A DNA stretch of 64,000 nucleotides from Gemmatimonadota bacterium (GCA_039588295.1 JBDHAB010000014.1:1-64000); one strand, 5' to 3'. Positions 21,201 to 30,329 are shown, counted from the first letter of the stretch. Program-made: numbers and translations. The notes: generated from the letters alone by a model not told the origin.

Positions 21201-23161
21201 CCGCCAGAGACGGCGAAGGTGCCTCCGAGGCCACCCGTCGATGTTCCCATCGAGACACCGATTCCGCCGCCCGTACCCGTACCAACGACATCACCAAGGT
21301 TGATGTTGAAATCACCAGCGTTGAAGTTGCCCGTGACATCACCCGTCGCCACCGTCACATCGGCGGTTGCGGCAGACAGAGCCGCCGTCGCCAACGAGAT
21401 GGTGCCACTACCAGAGGAGATGCCGACCGAGGTCGTACCGAGAAGGTTGCCGATGGCGACGGTGCGGCCCGTGGTCGTCCCCGCGCCAAGGGACACGTTC
21501 CCATCGTCCGCATCCGAGCCGATCAGGATGTTGCCTCCACTGGAGTCGACGGTCAGGGCATCCGTGGCCTGGAAATCCGCCGTTCCGGCCGAGATGAGAT
21601 TCAGAGCTCCACTCGTCACCGTCTGGAAGGTGGCGGCTGCACCGGTAGCCTGAACCGTCAACGCAGCGGCACGGTTGATGATGCCCGCGGTCTCCATGAC
21701 CTCCAGGCCCGTGGCCGCAGAACCGACCGTGATGCCATTCAGGAAATCAGTGTCGACCTGATCGAAATCAGCGACATCGACATCCACCGAGTAATGGATT
21801 GTCGTCGTACCACCACCGGAACCTTCGGTGACGGTGAAAAGATCCGCACTCAGCACATCCCCGAGAATCCACTCAAAGCCAGTACCCAGATCGATTGTGT
21901 TGCTGCTCAACGTGGTGAACGCAACGCCAGCCTGGTTCGCGTAAACCGATTCGAGGGTGTCCACCACGGCGGCGCCGTCGGTGAAGCCATCCGACAGGAA
22001 CCCTTCCTCGGGGCAGTCCTCGAACGCATCACGACGCACGTATGCGAAGTCGGCCGTCACCGTGGCAGCGAGATCGCCATCAGTGAGTTCCACGAGATCA
22101 TCGTTGGTGCCATTGCGAACCACCAAACTCATCTGGAGTTGGTCAGGGTCGATACCCGTGATCGTCGATCCATCGACGGCGCTCTGACACTGCATCAGAC
22201 CAAAGACCTGGTCACCGTTGATATCCGTCAACAGTTCGCCATCGGCCGAATTGACCAGGACCGCCAGGCTCTTGGGCTGGAGAGGATTGGGGCCCGCAAC
22301 CTCTTCAAGACCGCTGGATCCGAAAGTTCCCGCCGTGGCGCACACGAGACCGAGAGTGGTCACGGCACCGATAGCAGCGGTTGTGGCGGTGGGAAGCTGG
22401 TCCGGAGACAGCACCAATGCGCCAACCCCTCCTCCGAGAGTGCTGCCGCCGCCTGCCAACGTACCGGCACCCCACGAGAGAGTGACGGCTATCTCGGTAC
22501 TGGCGATCGAGTTACCGCCAGCTCCTTGAGTTTTTGCCGTACCGACGAGCGTCGTCGCGGTGATGGCCGACGAATAGACGGTCGGGTGAATGGTCGTCGC
22601 GAGCGCGTAGTCGGTGCCCGGAGTACCCGTAAGGTTGATCGCTCCGGCAAGGTTGGAAAGACTGAGCGCAGCGGATCCACCGATCTGCACGTTGCCGTCC
22701 ACGTTTGTCAGCGTGGTCTGGAACGTGTAAGTCTTGACGTCGATCGTGACCGTATCGCCGTTGGAAACGTTGACTCCGGTCGAAGTCAGCGTGCCTGTCG
22801 CGGCACTCGCGGTCGGGATGTCGACCCCGACCCGACTGACGCGCTTGAGGATGCGCTTGCGCTCCAGGTCATGGAGATCGTCGTTGAGAGACTGGGAACC
22901 ACGGATCGCTCCTCCCTCGAAAGTGACGGGAGCCGACAACGCTTGGTACCAATCGTTGCCCGCCTTCGTACCGTTGATGAGCATGTTGAGCTGACTGATC
23001 ACCGCCTGGAAGTTGGCGGCGAGCGAATCGCCCGTCGTCTGCATCGCCCCAATAGAGCTGACAACCTGATCGTCGTAGTTGGTTGCGCCGCCGTCACCGA
23101 GAGCACCGCCGAGGTCAACGATTTGAATGAATGGATCGAGATGGGTCTTGCCGATAGCCAT
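15281..23161 (-). CDS. Giant Thr/Gly-rich virion protein (2626 aa)
   Basis: Uninterrupted ORF; ATGTLT..NGDTVTI..TYTF structural-type motif; beta-rich repeats. Confidence 0.8.
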   Translation of the reverse strand: MAIGKTHLDPFIQIVDLGGALGDGGATNYDDQVVSSIGAMQTTGDSLAANFQAVISQLNMLINGTKAGNDWYQALSAPVTFEGGAIRGSQSLNDDLHDLERKRILKRVSRVGVDIPTASAATGTLTSTGVNVSNGDTVTIDVKTYTFQTTLTNVDGNVQIGGSAALSLSNLAGAINLTGTPGTDYALATTIHPTVYSSAITATTLVGTAKTQGAGGNSIASTEIAVTLSWGAGTLAGGGSTLGGGVGALVLSPDQLPTATTAAIGAVTTLGLVCATAGTFGSSGLEEVAGPNPLQPKSLAVLVNSADGELLTDINGDQVFGLMQCQSAVDGSTITGIDPDQLQMSLVVRNGTNDDLVELTDGDLAATVTADFAYVRRDAFEDCPEEGFLSDGFTDGAAVVDTLESVYANQAGVAFTTLSSNTIDLGTGFEWILGDVLSADLFTVTEGSGGGTTTIHYSVDVDVADFDQVDTDFLNGITVGSAATGLEVMETAGIINRAAALTVQATGAAATFQTVTSGALNLISAGTADFQATDALTVDSSGGNILIGSDADDGNVSLGAGTTTGRTVAIGNLLGTTSVGISSGSGTISLATAALSAATADVTVATGDVTGNFNAGDFNINLGDVVGTGTGGGIGVSMGTSTGGLGGTFAVSGGDGSTVDGGIILSTGDTATTGADVALTASQDVTATATRDVILTSGEEIFFDSGACILSSVGSDTSDHIRDSNLHHYFGAGGNGQNFITLNAQANTTGLSGGTVIVSAATTYTPGDTYSATTATTFTVDAGAPVLSVGDYIIAVGSNFECINGLYVVGAIADSLITIDTTPTYPWFKTAIQAEATASGTLLKADLCVMRCTGSGTWEVADGDSDSATSFVPLATAAGSDFAATYSASTGDDPMFVVTAADSSFNIAGEIDGTVTVMGLENGVMTAATAQPLLNLAGDDLNSGDLFTITNPSDEGAASAVIGTSGDGIGLIVDSTGTGNIAEFRDGSTNIAVWTAAGGIDFDMTSGSSFTVDALGAGAIDFTTVTGGFTVTSSGSTGGTIANDIAVVNADNTAAAVASAMFTAEATGATAVTTSNLDVYSNVTSTSGTGNVNIQADNGIAGASVVNVNTNTGSTTNTSNFSTGVNTNIVTMGSITGPSSTALNAGTGNMTLTTSGAESSGEVNTRILITNTSDSATAVALGEITVTGSGGSAATEANLVFDPVVVNATGTATANLHTSGSMSGIGVVNVGTAALAVSMELNLGNGAPVTTANLGSVTTTSATNIAGGPSGSVNVGTTTATDINTGTGGFANTIARGNATTGTEITDTSPGAVAVNGQHGWIIQMSNNDPTSDTAVGTYEATAGFMAYNNSTFGDAYVSWGAGSDGYDSAVDTTSGDVHIVSITGAGTGTSVSFTAGIGPATNAPSITVGVGEGATFTVGNFIAVFSSANLNNSKIFRIAGIAADVLTLYGVGGTPVTEAWLASNVVGGADASAAVREVELSIWRQNAGVFEFAEGVTGGVVTYTTVASGNSTFQEVYNTSSPNTPSFTTTAADGPFAIAGTIDSVLADMATITVPTHTTPTPTTALSITGTPNGSGSLVEVNGNSTESGTAFQVNNLLGDGPGVAILNTSSSHAFRCTDGILNHLTVGADGGFTVIPDSGADVTFTGSGAASAFETDGFETGTVKATSGTATTSTMLVEAENTSTGDATVTVTGSADGNGNTGTVTVLAESTNVTAGTATLNLEAERAGAGGGAITINMATTQGAAVNVGTGPFTQTAMFNTGAGVKSTTLGSENTSSDTTINAGSGDLDLNSGGNFTIDSITDSSITQTTAGGTAVLTFTVDNTGAAGVANLDLVATASNAAGGTPAVNIDATSALIGDPGVVNIQTQELGTVNVATGTVGANTANILTGVGVDNTLNVGNADADTTLNWTAGSSTAAAAEKGWTYNFPNKFLAQATQLDRNDTVAPGVARHEVSSFYLENQNEGNVALFSGTGNDAGVATNNYTISVVSSDTVDEITSFTNNGAATNPTAVLTTGGLYSVGEVLLVTDPGGSTFEENRGLFVVAGIAGTALTLDAAPGAGFEFFNNQVTSQTGLTATVRRATITAERVDTTGEVLVARAFNDIGLATYVNIVTAGGDLVSVVATTGGSSATQGSVSGDSFEWFINDAEFLEWSSATGGHRLLRFAPAVGADIVNIGEANLANGVTIAGGTAGILADATGPVSLDSTATASNFTITGAASSTLTLKTDVTTNGDLATTRLEAINSNGTAGSSIVSVQALRSGVGGGSATINIGEENSATLNLGTGAFTQAANFNTGAGIKTTTIGSTNTTSLTTVDGGTLGLDLNSTGSLTADGVGACNFTATSGNNTFATLTTGNVILNSVDSMDIDAGAAIDMLAVTTISIEATTAMSVDAGTTMAFTTANAADASGNIYAVTTGDSTAGTADGPDIRMTPGDGFTTGAHGEFQILGVQDNDEAFIALAATGGGSGNSKVYAGDTIPTHTAPGGSLFCLNTGAGATGNTLYVQIDASGGGDDGSTWEPITTSGTAVTKNFFQDTITGAGVGPSGNLSASDFTGGVIAVKPTTDFDFNFDAQIYLNGLLLMNAGGDVSSGVGNTIDVSAAGPTFSAGDVVTISYTQNATNTTA

Positions 23162-23193
23162 GGTGTGCTCTCCGGTACGCGCCTAAGCGCTTC

Positions 23194-23910
23194 CTACTCA
23201 GGCAGATACCTGATCGTGATGAGGTCACTCGTGGGAGGGGTGACGGTGAAAGTAATTGTCGCGCTAGCTCCGCCAAAAACGACCGTGTAATCGTCGCCGC
23301 CGCCTTCCCTCTGCAGCACGCCGTTCCAAAAAACAGCGAGGTTCTCGACCCCGAGCGCAACGGGATCGTCGAACACTGCGCGACTGGTAATGAACGACGC
23401 CGCCCCAACCGATACAAAGTTTTCGAATACCGAGGGTCCCATCGGGCACCAACCCGTGTTGCCCGCTCCGGCCTGCTTGCTGTACAGCGCGTTCCCTGCT
23501 CCGCCATCCGTGCGGCAGTAGATCGTGCTGATGGGCGCGACCTCGGAACCTTCGGGAGAACCAGATCCTTCACGAAGATGGCTCAGTGTCAGGCTTCCAG
23601 TAATTTCCAGATCGCCGTTGATCTTGACGATGCCCGGAACCCCTCCGCCGAACCCCATTCCTGGCGTGAGCTCGATGTTGCCGCCATTAAAAAGGCCGCC
23701 ACCAGCGTCACTGCCGAAAAGGTTGAGAACACCCCCCGCACCAGCCGGGTTGTCCTCCGCGACAATCCCGTCCGAGGACGTGACAACGTCGAACTGGATG
23801 TCGTTGCCGCCGGTGAAATTACCGACCCCCAACACAGTATCCAGATCTCCAACACCACCTCCGCCGGTGCTAACCAGGCGGACTGCCTCGTAGTTGGTTG
23901 CTTGGACCAT
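23194..23910 (-). CDS. Virion structural protein
   Basis: Shares LDTVLGVGNFTGGNDI and GSPEG..A modules with the giant protein; VFWNGVLQ..DYT motif. Confidence 0.65.
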   Translation of the reverse strand: MVQATNYEAVRLVSTGGGGVGDLDTVLGVGNFTGGNDIQFDVVTSSDGIVAEDNPAGAGGVLNLFGSDAGGGLFNGGNIELTPGMGFGGGVPGIVKINGDLEITGSLTLSHLREGSGSPEGSEVAPISTIYCRTDGGAGNALYSKQAGAGNTGWCPMGPSVFENFVSVGAASFITSRAVFDDPVALGVENLAVFWNGVLQREGGGDDYTVVFGGASATITFTVTPPTSDLITIRYLPE

Positions 23911-24060
23911 CAGTCGCCTCTGGTAGAGGACCCCCTATCAACCGAAAACCGAGGGTCCTTCTATTGGGGCGCCCGATAGGCAAATCAGCGACACAACACG
24001 AAAAAAGCGCACCCCGCGGTCATGCGGAGTGCGCTCGATGCGTCGAACCGGGGCTGATTT

Positions 24061-24873
24061 TTACGCGGCGATCACTTGCGGAACGTGAATCTTGTACTTG
24101 CGCAACTTTTCGCGAAGTATCTCGGTCTGCCGAGTGGTCGGAGATTTTCCATTGCGGACTCGACTACGCACGTTGCCGCTCGCGAACTTGACGGTCCACT
24201 CATCCTTGGCCCCTTCCGCCCTCGCTTCCAACCGATCCAGTGCGTGGGACAACGCCAACTGCTCACGGCCCGTCAACCCTTTGGTCGATGCGCGGGGAGT
24301 TCCCGTTTTCTTGCTCGGCTTCTTGCTGGATTTGCGTCGAGGGTTGACGAACTTCCAAACGGCCGTCTCCTGGTTCGGCGTCAGCCACTTTCCATCGAGC
24401 ACCGCGTTGCGGCAGTCCACCAGGATGTTGAAGTTGAAGTAGTCACGAACGCCTTCGATGCGAGCTACCCACTCCTGCGCGTACTCAGCCTGAGTCTGTT
24501 GCGCGAGCAGGTTGTAGTGATCGCGGTTTCGTTTGAAGGACGCGAACATCTCCTTGAGAGCGGTGCGCCAGTTGAGGAGCCACCCCTTCGTTCGGTTGCA
24601 CTTTCGGAAGTTCGCGTCGTCGGGAGCACCAGGAGCCTTGCGAAGGCTACGTCCAGTGTGCCGACTGACCAACGTCATCTTGCAGGAGGCATCTCCCGCG
24701 GCCATGACCTTGCTCGTGCGACCAATCGACGAGCTCACCTTCACGGAAACGTGACGGGATAGAGGACACAGGTAGATGCCCTGCGTCTTCTCGTCGCGCT
24801 CGAACACGGGGCAGATATCGAACAGCCAGTCCTCGAACTGGAGGCGAGTGATCTTCACGTAGGTCGCAGCCAT
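24061..24873 (-). CDS. Basic hypothetical protein
   Basis: Start MAATYVK after GAGAAGG. Confidence 0.6.
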   Translation of the reverse strand: MAATYVKITRLQFEDWLFDICPVFERDEKTQGIYLCPLSRHVSVKVSSSIGRTSKVMAAGDASCKMTLVSRHTGRSLRKAPGAPDDANFRKCNRTKGWLLNWRTALKEMFASFKRNRDHYNLLAQQTQAEYAQEWVARIEGVRDYFNFNILVDCRNAVLDGKWLTPNQETAVWKFVNPRRKSSKKPSKKTGTPRASTKGLTGREQLALSHALDRLEARAEGAKDEWTVKFASGNVRSRVRNGKSPTTRQTEILREKLRKYKIHVPQVIAA

Positions 24874-24931
24874 GCCTTCTCCTCGGGAGATACACGGAGA
24901 GACCGCAGATTTTACATGGCCTTCGTGAAAT

Positions 24932-25759
24932 TCAACGACGGCGCTGGAACGGCCCGTTTTCGGCGAATTCCTGGGCCATAGACCACCCCTGACGGGGGTT
25001 TCGCAAGCGCGGAGCACGCAACGGGAAATCAGCAAGCTCACGCGCAAGGCCCATGGGCACATCGCGCAGTATCCACAGGTCGAACGGAGGGTCGGTCTGG
25101 TACGTCCACCAGCGCGGCGTCCGGACGCCCACCTTCCGAGCGTCGCGTGCCCCCAGGAGCTCCCTGTTGGCTCTCACGGCAGCTACCATGTCCACGGTCG
25201 GAGCAGCCGTGTGGATGCAGCTCGCGTGCTTGCAACCGCACCCTCCGCCCGGTGACGAGCTTTGTTGCTGCGGGTCTTCGACCTGCGCGGATACGAACGA
25301 ACCATCGTCAAAATAGATGTCCGCCGTGCCGACCTGGCGAACGATCCGCTCTACGCGACGACCGATCTGCGGAAGACTGGTAGCGTCGTTCATGAGACAC
25401 GCGATGGCCTTGCGCACCGCGGCCTTCTTGGTGTCCATCCAGTCGGCAGCGGGCTCAGCCCAATTGGTGTCCTCACTGTCACCGCCGTCCTCAACGTCGT
25501 CTTCTTGAGGCTGGTCCTCTTCGTCGTAGGCCAACCACTCCGCTGCGACACGGCGCGCTAGTAGCTTCGGATGGTCAGACGCAGGTGACCCACTCCGCCC
25601 GGAACTCCCACCGTCGTCCGTAGCTTGTACGGATTGTTGGGGTTCATCGGAGGCACGACGATCCGCGACGGTTTCCGACGCCCTCCCACGATCTTCTTGG
25701 GCTTTTTGGATTTGGCTTCGGGCATAGCGCTCGGCCACTCGCTGAACCACGGAGGGCAT
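24932..25759 (-). CDS. Hypothetical protein, possibly internal head protein
   Basis: RVAERY/RVAAEW motifs; upstream CCTAT motif. Confidence 0.55.
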   Translation of the reverse strand: MPSVVQRVAERYARSQIQKAQEDRGRASETVADRRASDEPQQSVQATDDGGSSGRSGSPASDHPKLLARRVAAEWLAYDEEDQPQEDDVEDGGDSEDTNWAEPAADWMDTKKAAVRKAIACLMNDATSLPQIGRRVERIVRQVGTADIYFDDGSFVSAQVEDPQQQSSSPGGGCGCKHASCIHTAAPTVDMVAAVRANRELLGARDARKVGVRTPRWWTYQTDPPFDLWILRDVPMGLARELADFPLRAPRLRNPRQGWSMAQEFAENGPFQRRR

Positions 25760-25789
25760 CCTTCTAAGAGAAGCCCAGCTATAGGGGCT

Positions 25790-26398
25790 TCACCGCCCAG
25801 TGGCTTTCTTCTTCTTCTCAGTGGCTTTGCGGGCTTCTGCGGCCGTTATTTCACGAACCGCCTTCTCACCAGCCCTCGTCTGGGCAAGTAGCCGTTGGCC
25901 TTGGAGATCGAGGTGCATGTTGCCTTGGCGCGTGGTCAGACCGACCTGTTTCGCCTTCACCTCTTTGACGATGGCCGGATCGATGTGGTCAATGCCGATG
26001 TCGAGCGCGAAGTCGTTGAAAGCTCCCGCCACAATCTGGATCGGTTTGCCGTAGGACTCGGTCGGCATCCGGTGTTGGTACAAGAGATGGCCCAGTGCCC
26101 AGAGCTCCATGTCGAAGTACCAGTTCGGCGTCGGCACGGCGGGAGCGTTGTAGTCCAACCGGAACGTGAACGAGATCCGTTTATCACCGATGGTGACGAT
26201 GGACTCTCCTTGGTAGAGACCGGGCCCTGGATACTTGCCGACCTTGAACCCGGTGAGGGTGAGCCCAAGATCCTTGACGACGAGTTTGTACTCACCGGCG
26301 TCTGCGAGACGGAACAGGACTTCCATCTCGTCGTCGGTCAAAGGCACGTACATACCGTGCGGGTTCTTCCCTCCGAAGGGATTTCGTTTCTCGTCCAT
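25790..26398 (-). CDS. Hypothetical protein
   Basis: 202 aa ORF in tightly packed operon. Confidence 0.65.
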   Translation of the reverse strand: MDEKRNPFGGKNPHGMYVPLTDDEMEVLFRLADAGEYKLVVKDLGLTLTGFKVGKYPGPGLYQGESIVTIGDKRISFTFRLDYNAPAVPTPNWYFDMELWALGHLLYQHRMPTESYGKPIQIVAGAFNDFALDIGIDHIDPAIVKEVKAKQVGLTTRQGNMHLDLQGQRLLAQTRAGEKAVREITAAEARKATEKKKKATGR

Positions 26399-26847
26399 CA
26401 GTTATCTCCGGTCAATGACACGTAGCAGGCTCGTGTACGGCCCTGGCGAAATCCCTCGAAGAACGTGACCTCCATCCCCGGCATGGGGAGGCGTCCGTCG
26501 GTCATCTCCGACCTGTGCAAATAGTGAGAGCGGCCATCCTCGGTCTTGATGAAACCGTACCCACGAGACTCGTTGAAGTCCTCGACGACCCCGAAAGATG
26601 CCCTCGGCTCGCTGAGTCGGTAAATGTGTCGAGCCTTGGGAGCTTTCCCGTTGCTCGGGCCTCCGGGGTCGTACTCGACATCGACCTCCTCTCCGATGAT
26701 GGGAGGAGGGTGAGTTCGGTAGTCGCCCCACACGAAGGCGCGAATGTGAAAAAAGACCTGCTGTCCCGACTCGTCAACGGCGAATCCGAATAGTTGCTTC
26801 GGCAGGTACTTCAGCACCCGCATCCGTTGGCGGACGAGGTTTCCCAC
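26398..26847 (-). CDS. Tandem cold-shock domain protein
   Basis: FGFA..VFFH and FNESRGYGFI..HYLH RNP1/RNP2 motifs. Confidence 0.85.
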   Translation of the reverse strand: MGNLVRQRMRVLKYLPKQLFGFAVDESGQQVFFHIRAFVWGDYRTHPPPIIGEEVDVEYDPGGPSNGKAPKARHIYRLSEPRASFGVVEDFNESRGYGFIKTEDGRSHYLHRSEMTDGRLPMPGMEVTFFEGFRQGRTRACYVSLTGDN

Positions 26848-26877
26848 AGCGCAAAAAATCCGGGAGCTCCCGGCGGT

Positions 26878-27258
26878 TTAGAGCACTGCTCCGACTACCG
26901 CCTTCAAGATCGTACCGAGAGTTTGGCCAATCGCGCGGAGCCACTTACGGGCCCGCTCTTTGCGCTCCATCTCAGCTCGTTGAAGTTGAGCCACCAGGTT
27001 GCTGGCGATCAGGATGTTCTTGGTGACCTTCCGAATATCGGTGTCGTCACCATCCAACATCCTCTCCACCGCATTTTGGGCCATTTGGAAGCCCTCGGGC
27101 CCGTGGCGCCGAGCACCGTCAGCCATGAGATCGAGGATGGTTCGCTTCCAGGGTTCATCGGCCTCGGCGGCCTCTTTGTCGAGGACTCCTGCGAGCTCCT
27201 CGACTCCCTTTTCACCAATCTTCGAGGTCAGGTTCGACAATTTCCGCTTGTACGACAT
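26878..27258 (-). CDS. Hypothetical helical protein
   Basis: GGAGG RBS, start MSYKRK. Confidence 0.6.
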   Translation of the reverse strand: MSYKRKLSNLTSKIGEKGVEELAGVLDKEAAEADEPWKRTILDLMADGARRHGPEGFQMAQNAVERMLDGDDTDIRKVTKNILIASNLVAQLQRAEMERKERARKWLRAIGQTLGTILKAVVGAVL

Positions 27259-27265
27259 TGTTTGA

Positions 27266-27646
27266 TCAGCCCTCCGGGCAGAGTGAAGCCATGTCGTCCT
27301 CGGAGACGGGCGGCTCCTCGCCAGGGTTCTCTTCGGTGAGGCCACCGAGGTACATCATCGCGTCGACGTGCCACTTGAGACGCGCACGCATCGTCACGAC
27401 ATTGAGCGCAGATGTCTCACATACCTCGTTGTTCCAGTTGCCGTCCTCGTCACAGGAACAGGACCCATCCGCGATGTGCTCCGCGAGCAGTTCCGTGTCC
27501 TGCTCGATGACCATCTCGAACAGGTAAATCTCGTTCTTGTAGGTATCCGGGTCACGCAGGATGACCTTCGGCTTCTTGCAGCCGGTGGTCATCCCAAGCG
27601 ACGCCGTAACAACAGCTCCGAGCACGATGTACTTTACCCATCTCAT
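27266..27646 (-). CDS. Putative lipoprotein
   Basis: Signal peptide ending TTGC. Confidence 0.6.
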   Translation of the reverse strand: MRWVKYIVLGAVVTASLGMTTGCKKPKVILRDPDTYKNEIYLFEMVIEQDTELLAEHIADGSCSCDEDGNWNNEVCETSALNVVTMRARLKWHVDAMMYLGGLTEENPGEEPPVSEDDMASLCPEG

Positions 27647-27660
27647 GACGGCGCACCCTC

Positions 27661-28155
27661 CTACTTGGAAGCCTTTTTCTCGGCCTTCTTGATCTGTTTG
27701 ATGATCCAGTCCTTGGTGTCACGCGAGTTGACGGACAGATCGAGCTTCTTCGCGATCTTGTAGAGCTTGTCCCGCTTGTCGTCGGGCGACCACTTCGGGA
27801 ATTTCGGCTTCGCGGCTTTCTTCGCGGCCTTCTTGGCAGGCTTCTTGACGGCCTTGGCGGCTTTCTTCGCGGCCTTCTTGGCAGTCTTCTTGGCTGCTTT
27901 CTTCGTGGTCTTCTTTGCCGTCTTGGCAACCGTCTTGGCCGCCTTGTCGGTTTCCTTCTTCTTGGCCGCCTCTTCCTTCTTCTTGGCAGCGGCCCGCATC
28001 TTGTCGTCCTTGGCGCGCACTTCCGCAGCCGCCTTTTCAGCCTTTGCGGATTCCTTCTGGCGGTCCTCTTCCGACTTGGGACGAACCGTGACAGCTCGCT
28101 GTTGCGTCACACGCTTGCGAACGTTGCCGTACATGGGAGGTACAAATCGTGGCAT
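27661..28155 (-). CDS. Histone H1-like Lys/Ala-rich DNA-binding protein
   Basis: KKAAKK repeats plus small C-terminal helical domain. Confidence 0.65.
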   Translation of the reverse strand: MPRFVPPMYGNVRKRVTQQRAVTVRPKSEEDRQKESAKAEKAAAEVRAKDDKMRAAAKKKEEAAKKKETDKAAKTVAKTAKKTTKKAAKKTAKKAAKKAAKAVKKPAKKAAKKAAKPKFPKWSPDDKRDKLYKIAKKLDLSVNSRDTKDWIIKQIKKAEKKASK

Positions 28156-28156
28156 C

Positions 28157-28504
28157 TTACTTGTCTCCTTCTCCGTTGCTCATGTCGCCGTTGTTCGTGT
28201 CACCTTTGCCCATGGTGATCTTCGCGACGCGAATGTACTTGTCGAGGGCAGCTTGTCCGAGGATGTATCCTGTTGCTAGAAAACCAGAAGTGACGGCGAG
28301 GACCATGAACGCCACGTTCTCACCAATCTTGGCCATCTCCTGCTCGTAGATCATCGCCCCCATCAGGACAAAGAACCCCAGCTCGGTCGCCATGAAGGCA
28401 ATGAACTTCTTCGACTGCCACCACGCTTTCTCGTGCGCGTGGTCAGCAGGCTCGATCATCTTCTCGATGACCGTGTTGCCCGGGGAGGAGTCTTCGTCAG
28501 CCAT
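28157..28504 (-). CDS. Two-TM membrane protein, holin-like
   Basis: WWQSKKF followed by two hydrophobic helices, YILGQA. Confidence 0.5.
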   Translation of the reverse strand: MADEDSSPGNTVIEKMIEPADHAHEKAWWQSKKFIAFMATELGFFVLMGAMIYEQEMAKIGENVAFMVLAVTSGFLATGYILGQAALDKYIRVAKITMGKGDTNNGDMSNGEGDK

Positions 28505-28959
28505 CACTTGCATCCTTGCGGTTGCCGTTTGGGGGCCAGATGCGGTGGCATGTTCACGACTTGCGAGACGTGTCCCACAGGAAGCCTGAGCCCACCGCCG
28601 CGCCCGGCCGTATGGACCGGGATGTTGTTCATCCGCCGCTGGAACGTGTCTTCGTAGTCCGTCTCACAGACCACGAGCCCCGTCAGGAACGGATTGTCCT
28701 CGAACAGGATATCGAAACGTTCCTTCTCACACGGAAATAGCGACGGATACAGCAGACAGAAGTCGTCGCGAGCTTTTTGCGAATGCTGAATCGCGTGGAG
28801 AATGAAGCAGTCTTGGAGCCGGATGGGGTTATCCGGGTCGCACTCGCAGCCTTTGAGCTCGTTACGCCCCGACTCCGGCAAAATCCAGAAGTTCGATATG
28901 CAAGTGCATGGATGCTGCGTGCACTGGGCGCAGACCCGGCAGTTGTTTATCAACGCCAT
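28504..28959 (-). CDS. Cys-rich hypothetical protein
   Basis: CxxCxxC N-terminus. Confidence 0.55.
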   Translation of the reverse strand: MALINNCRVCAQCTQHPCTCISNFWILPESGRNELKGCECDPDNPIRLQDCFILHAIQHSQKARDDFCLLYPSLFPCEKERFDILFEDNPFLTGLVVCETDYEDTFQRRMNNIPVHTAGRGGGLRLPVGHVSQVVNMPPHLAPKRQPQGCK

Positions 28960-28988
28960 CTACCAAATAGGGGCCCATAGGACGATTC

Positions 28989-29834
28989 TCACTGCTTGGG
29001 CGGATCAGAGTTCAGGAGCTCCCCGATGTCCACGCCTTTGCTCTCCTTGTGGAGCTGACGCAGATTCGGCTTCGTCCCCTCTTCGGCCTGTAATTTCGCA
29101 GGTTTGGCCGCTTTTGCCGGGGCCGGCTCGACCTCCTCTGCGGGCTCGGCACTGACCACGACCGGCTTCGAAACCGCTTCCGACGTTTTCACGAATCCAC
29201 GCTTTTTGGGCGCCGGCTTCGGAGATTCAGGAACGGGAGACACCCGGGTCTCATCGGGCCCGGCAGACATCGGTCCTGGATCATCGTCCGGAGGGTCGTT
29301 GGCCGTCTGGATCGCAACGTCCTTCTTCTTGGTCTTTCGCTTGGAGCCCTTCTTGGCTGCTTTCGCCTTGATCTCCCCGCTTTCGACCTTCTCCAGATAC
29401 TCCGCGATGCTCTTGCGCTTGATCCCGAGTTCCTCGGGAATCTCGACCCCGAGCTTTGCCGCTTTGGCCCGCAGCTCGGGCATCAACGGCACCTTGCGAC
29501 TAGGCTCCTGGGGGGCCCGGATGTGCCGCGCAGGGTGCTCCTCGTAGCTGATGTAGAGCTCGACCTGGCCGTTCTCGGTGACCGCGATCTCGGCGTTCCC
29601 ACGCCGGTTCAGCTTGGTAGCGAGGTGCTCGGCGATGATGGCCGCAAACTCGTTCCCTTCGAGCAAAAGATTGGCCCGTTGGACTACAGCCTCAAGTTGA
29701 GCGGCAGCGCGGAACAGAGCATCTCCGAGGAGAAGTTCTTCGTCACCGATGGTTTGATGTTCGCCGGTGCTGTTGAGCACCTGACGAGCAAGAGCTTCAT
29801 CGACCGGACCAGAGTATGGTTTTGCCTTCGGCAT
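28989..29834 (-). CDS. Hypothetical protein
   Basis: 281 aa, GAGG RBS. Confidence 0.65.
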   Translation of the reverse strand: MPKAKPYSGPVDEALARQVLNSTGEHQTIGDEELLLGDALFRAAAQLEAVVQRANLLLEGNEFAAIIAEHLATKLNRRGNAEIAVTENGQVELYISYEEHPARHIRAPQEPSRKVPLMPELRAKAAKLGVEIPEELGIKRKSIAEYLEKVESGEIKAKAAKKGSKRKTKKKDVAIQTANDPPDDDPGPMSAGPDETRVSPVPESPKPAPKKRGFVKTSEAVSKPVVVSAEPAEEVEPAPAKAAKPAKLQAEEGTKPNLRQLHKESKGVDIGELLNSDPPKQ

Positions 29835-29840
29835 TTTTCC

Positions 29841-30329
29841 TCACACGATTCTGACGCGGGCATCAAGCTCGACGAGGAACTCGTACAGGCGTCTGGTCAC
29901 TTCGCCGACCACGGTAATAGGAGTTGCTCGGGTCCGAATTTTTGAGATCCTCTCCACGACATCCGGATTGGTCGTATCGAAAAACCCCGACCATCCCTGC
30001 GTGGTACGGAAATCCACGCGAAAACACAGCCGGTTGTCTTTCTTCATCCGGGTCATCCTCGTAACGGTGATGGGGAACGATCGACGCTCCCCGTCGCCAG
30101 GGGGCGGAGTCACCGTACCGGCCCGCGTCGCCCTGTGATGACCTTCCAACGCTTCGGCAAAGCGATGGAGATCGTCGATAGCCGGGTCCTCGGGCCGGTT
30201 GCCCAAAACGGCTGCCAGGACGCGCACATGCAGGTCGTCCGATTCTTCCAGTTCTTGTAAAGCCCACCACTGTTGCGGATTTTCTTTCCTCCACGTTTCT
30301 ACCCGGTCATCCTGGAGGAGAGTTTTCAC
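29841..30329 (-). CDS. Hypothetical protein (possible C-terminal OB fold)
   Basis: GGAGG RBS before GTG; overlaps upstream stop. Confidence 0.55.
   Translation of the reverse strand: MKTLLQDDRVETWRKENPQQWWALQELEESDDLHVRVLAAVLGNRPEDPAIDDLHRFAEALEGHHRATRAGTVTPPPGDGERRSFPITVTRMTRMKKDNRLCFRVDFRTTQGWSGFFDTTNPDVVERISKIRTRATPITVVGEVTRRLYEFLVELDARVRIV

Noticed and set aside
35..23290. Long plus-strand ORFs (e.g. 6893-8545, 11531-13627, 20978-23290)
   Set aside because: Antisense shadows of the giant GC-rich minus-strand genes; Pro/Arg-rich with no motifs
26878..28504. Holin-spanin lysis cassette
   Set aside because: Holin-like and lipoprotein genes are present, but no i-spanin-like N-terminal TM gene is evident and the endolysin is 16 kb away; support is insufficient
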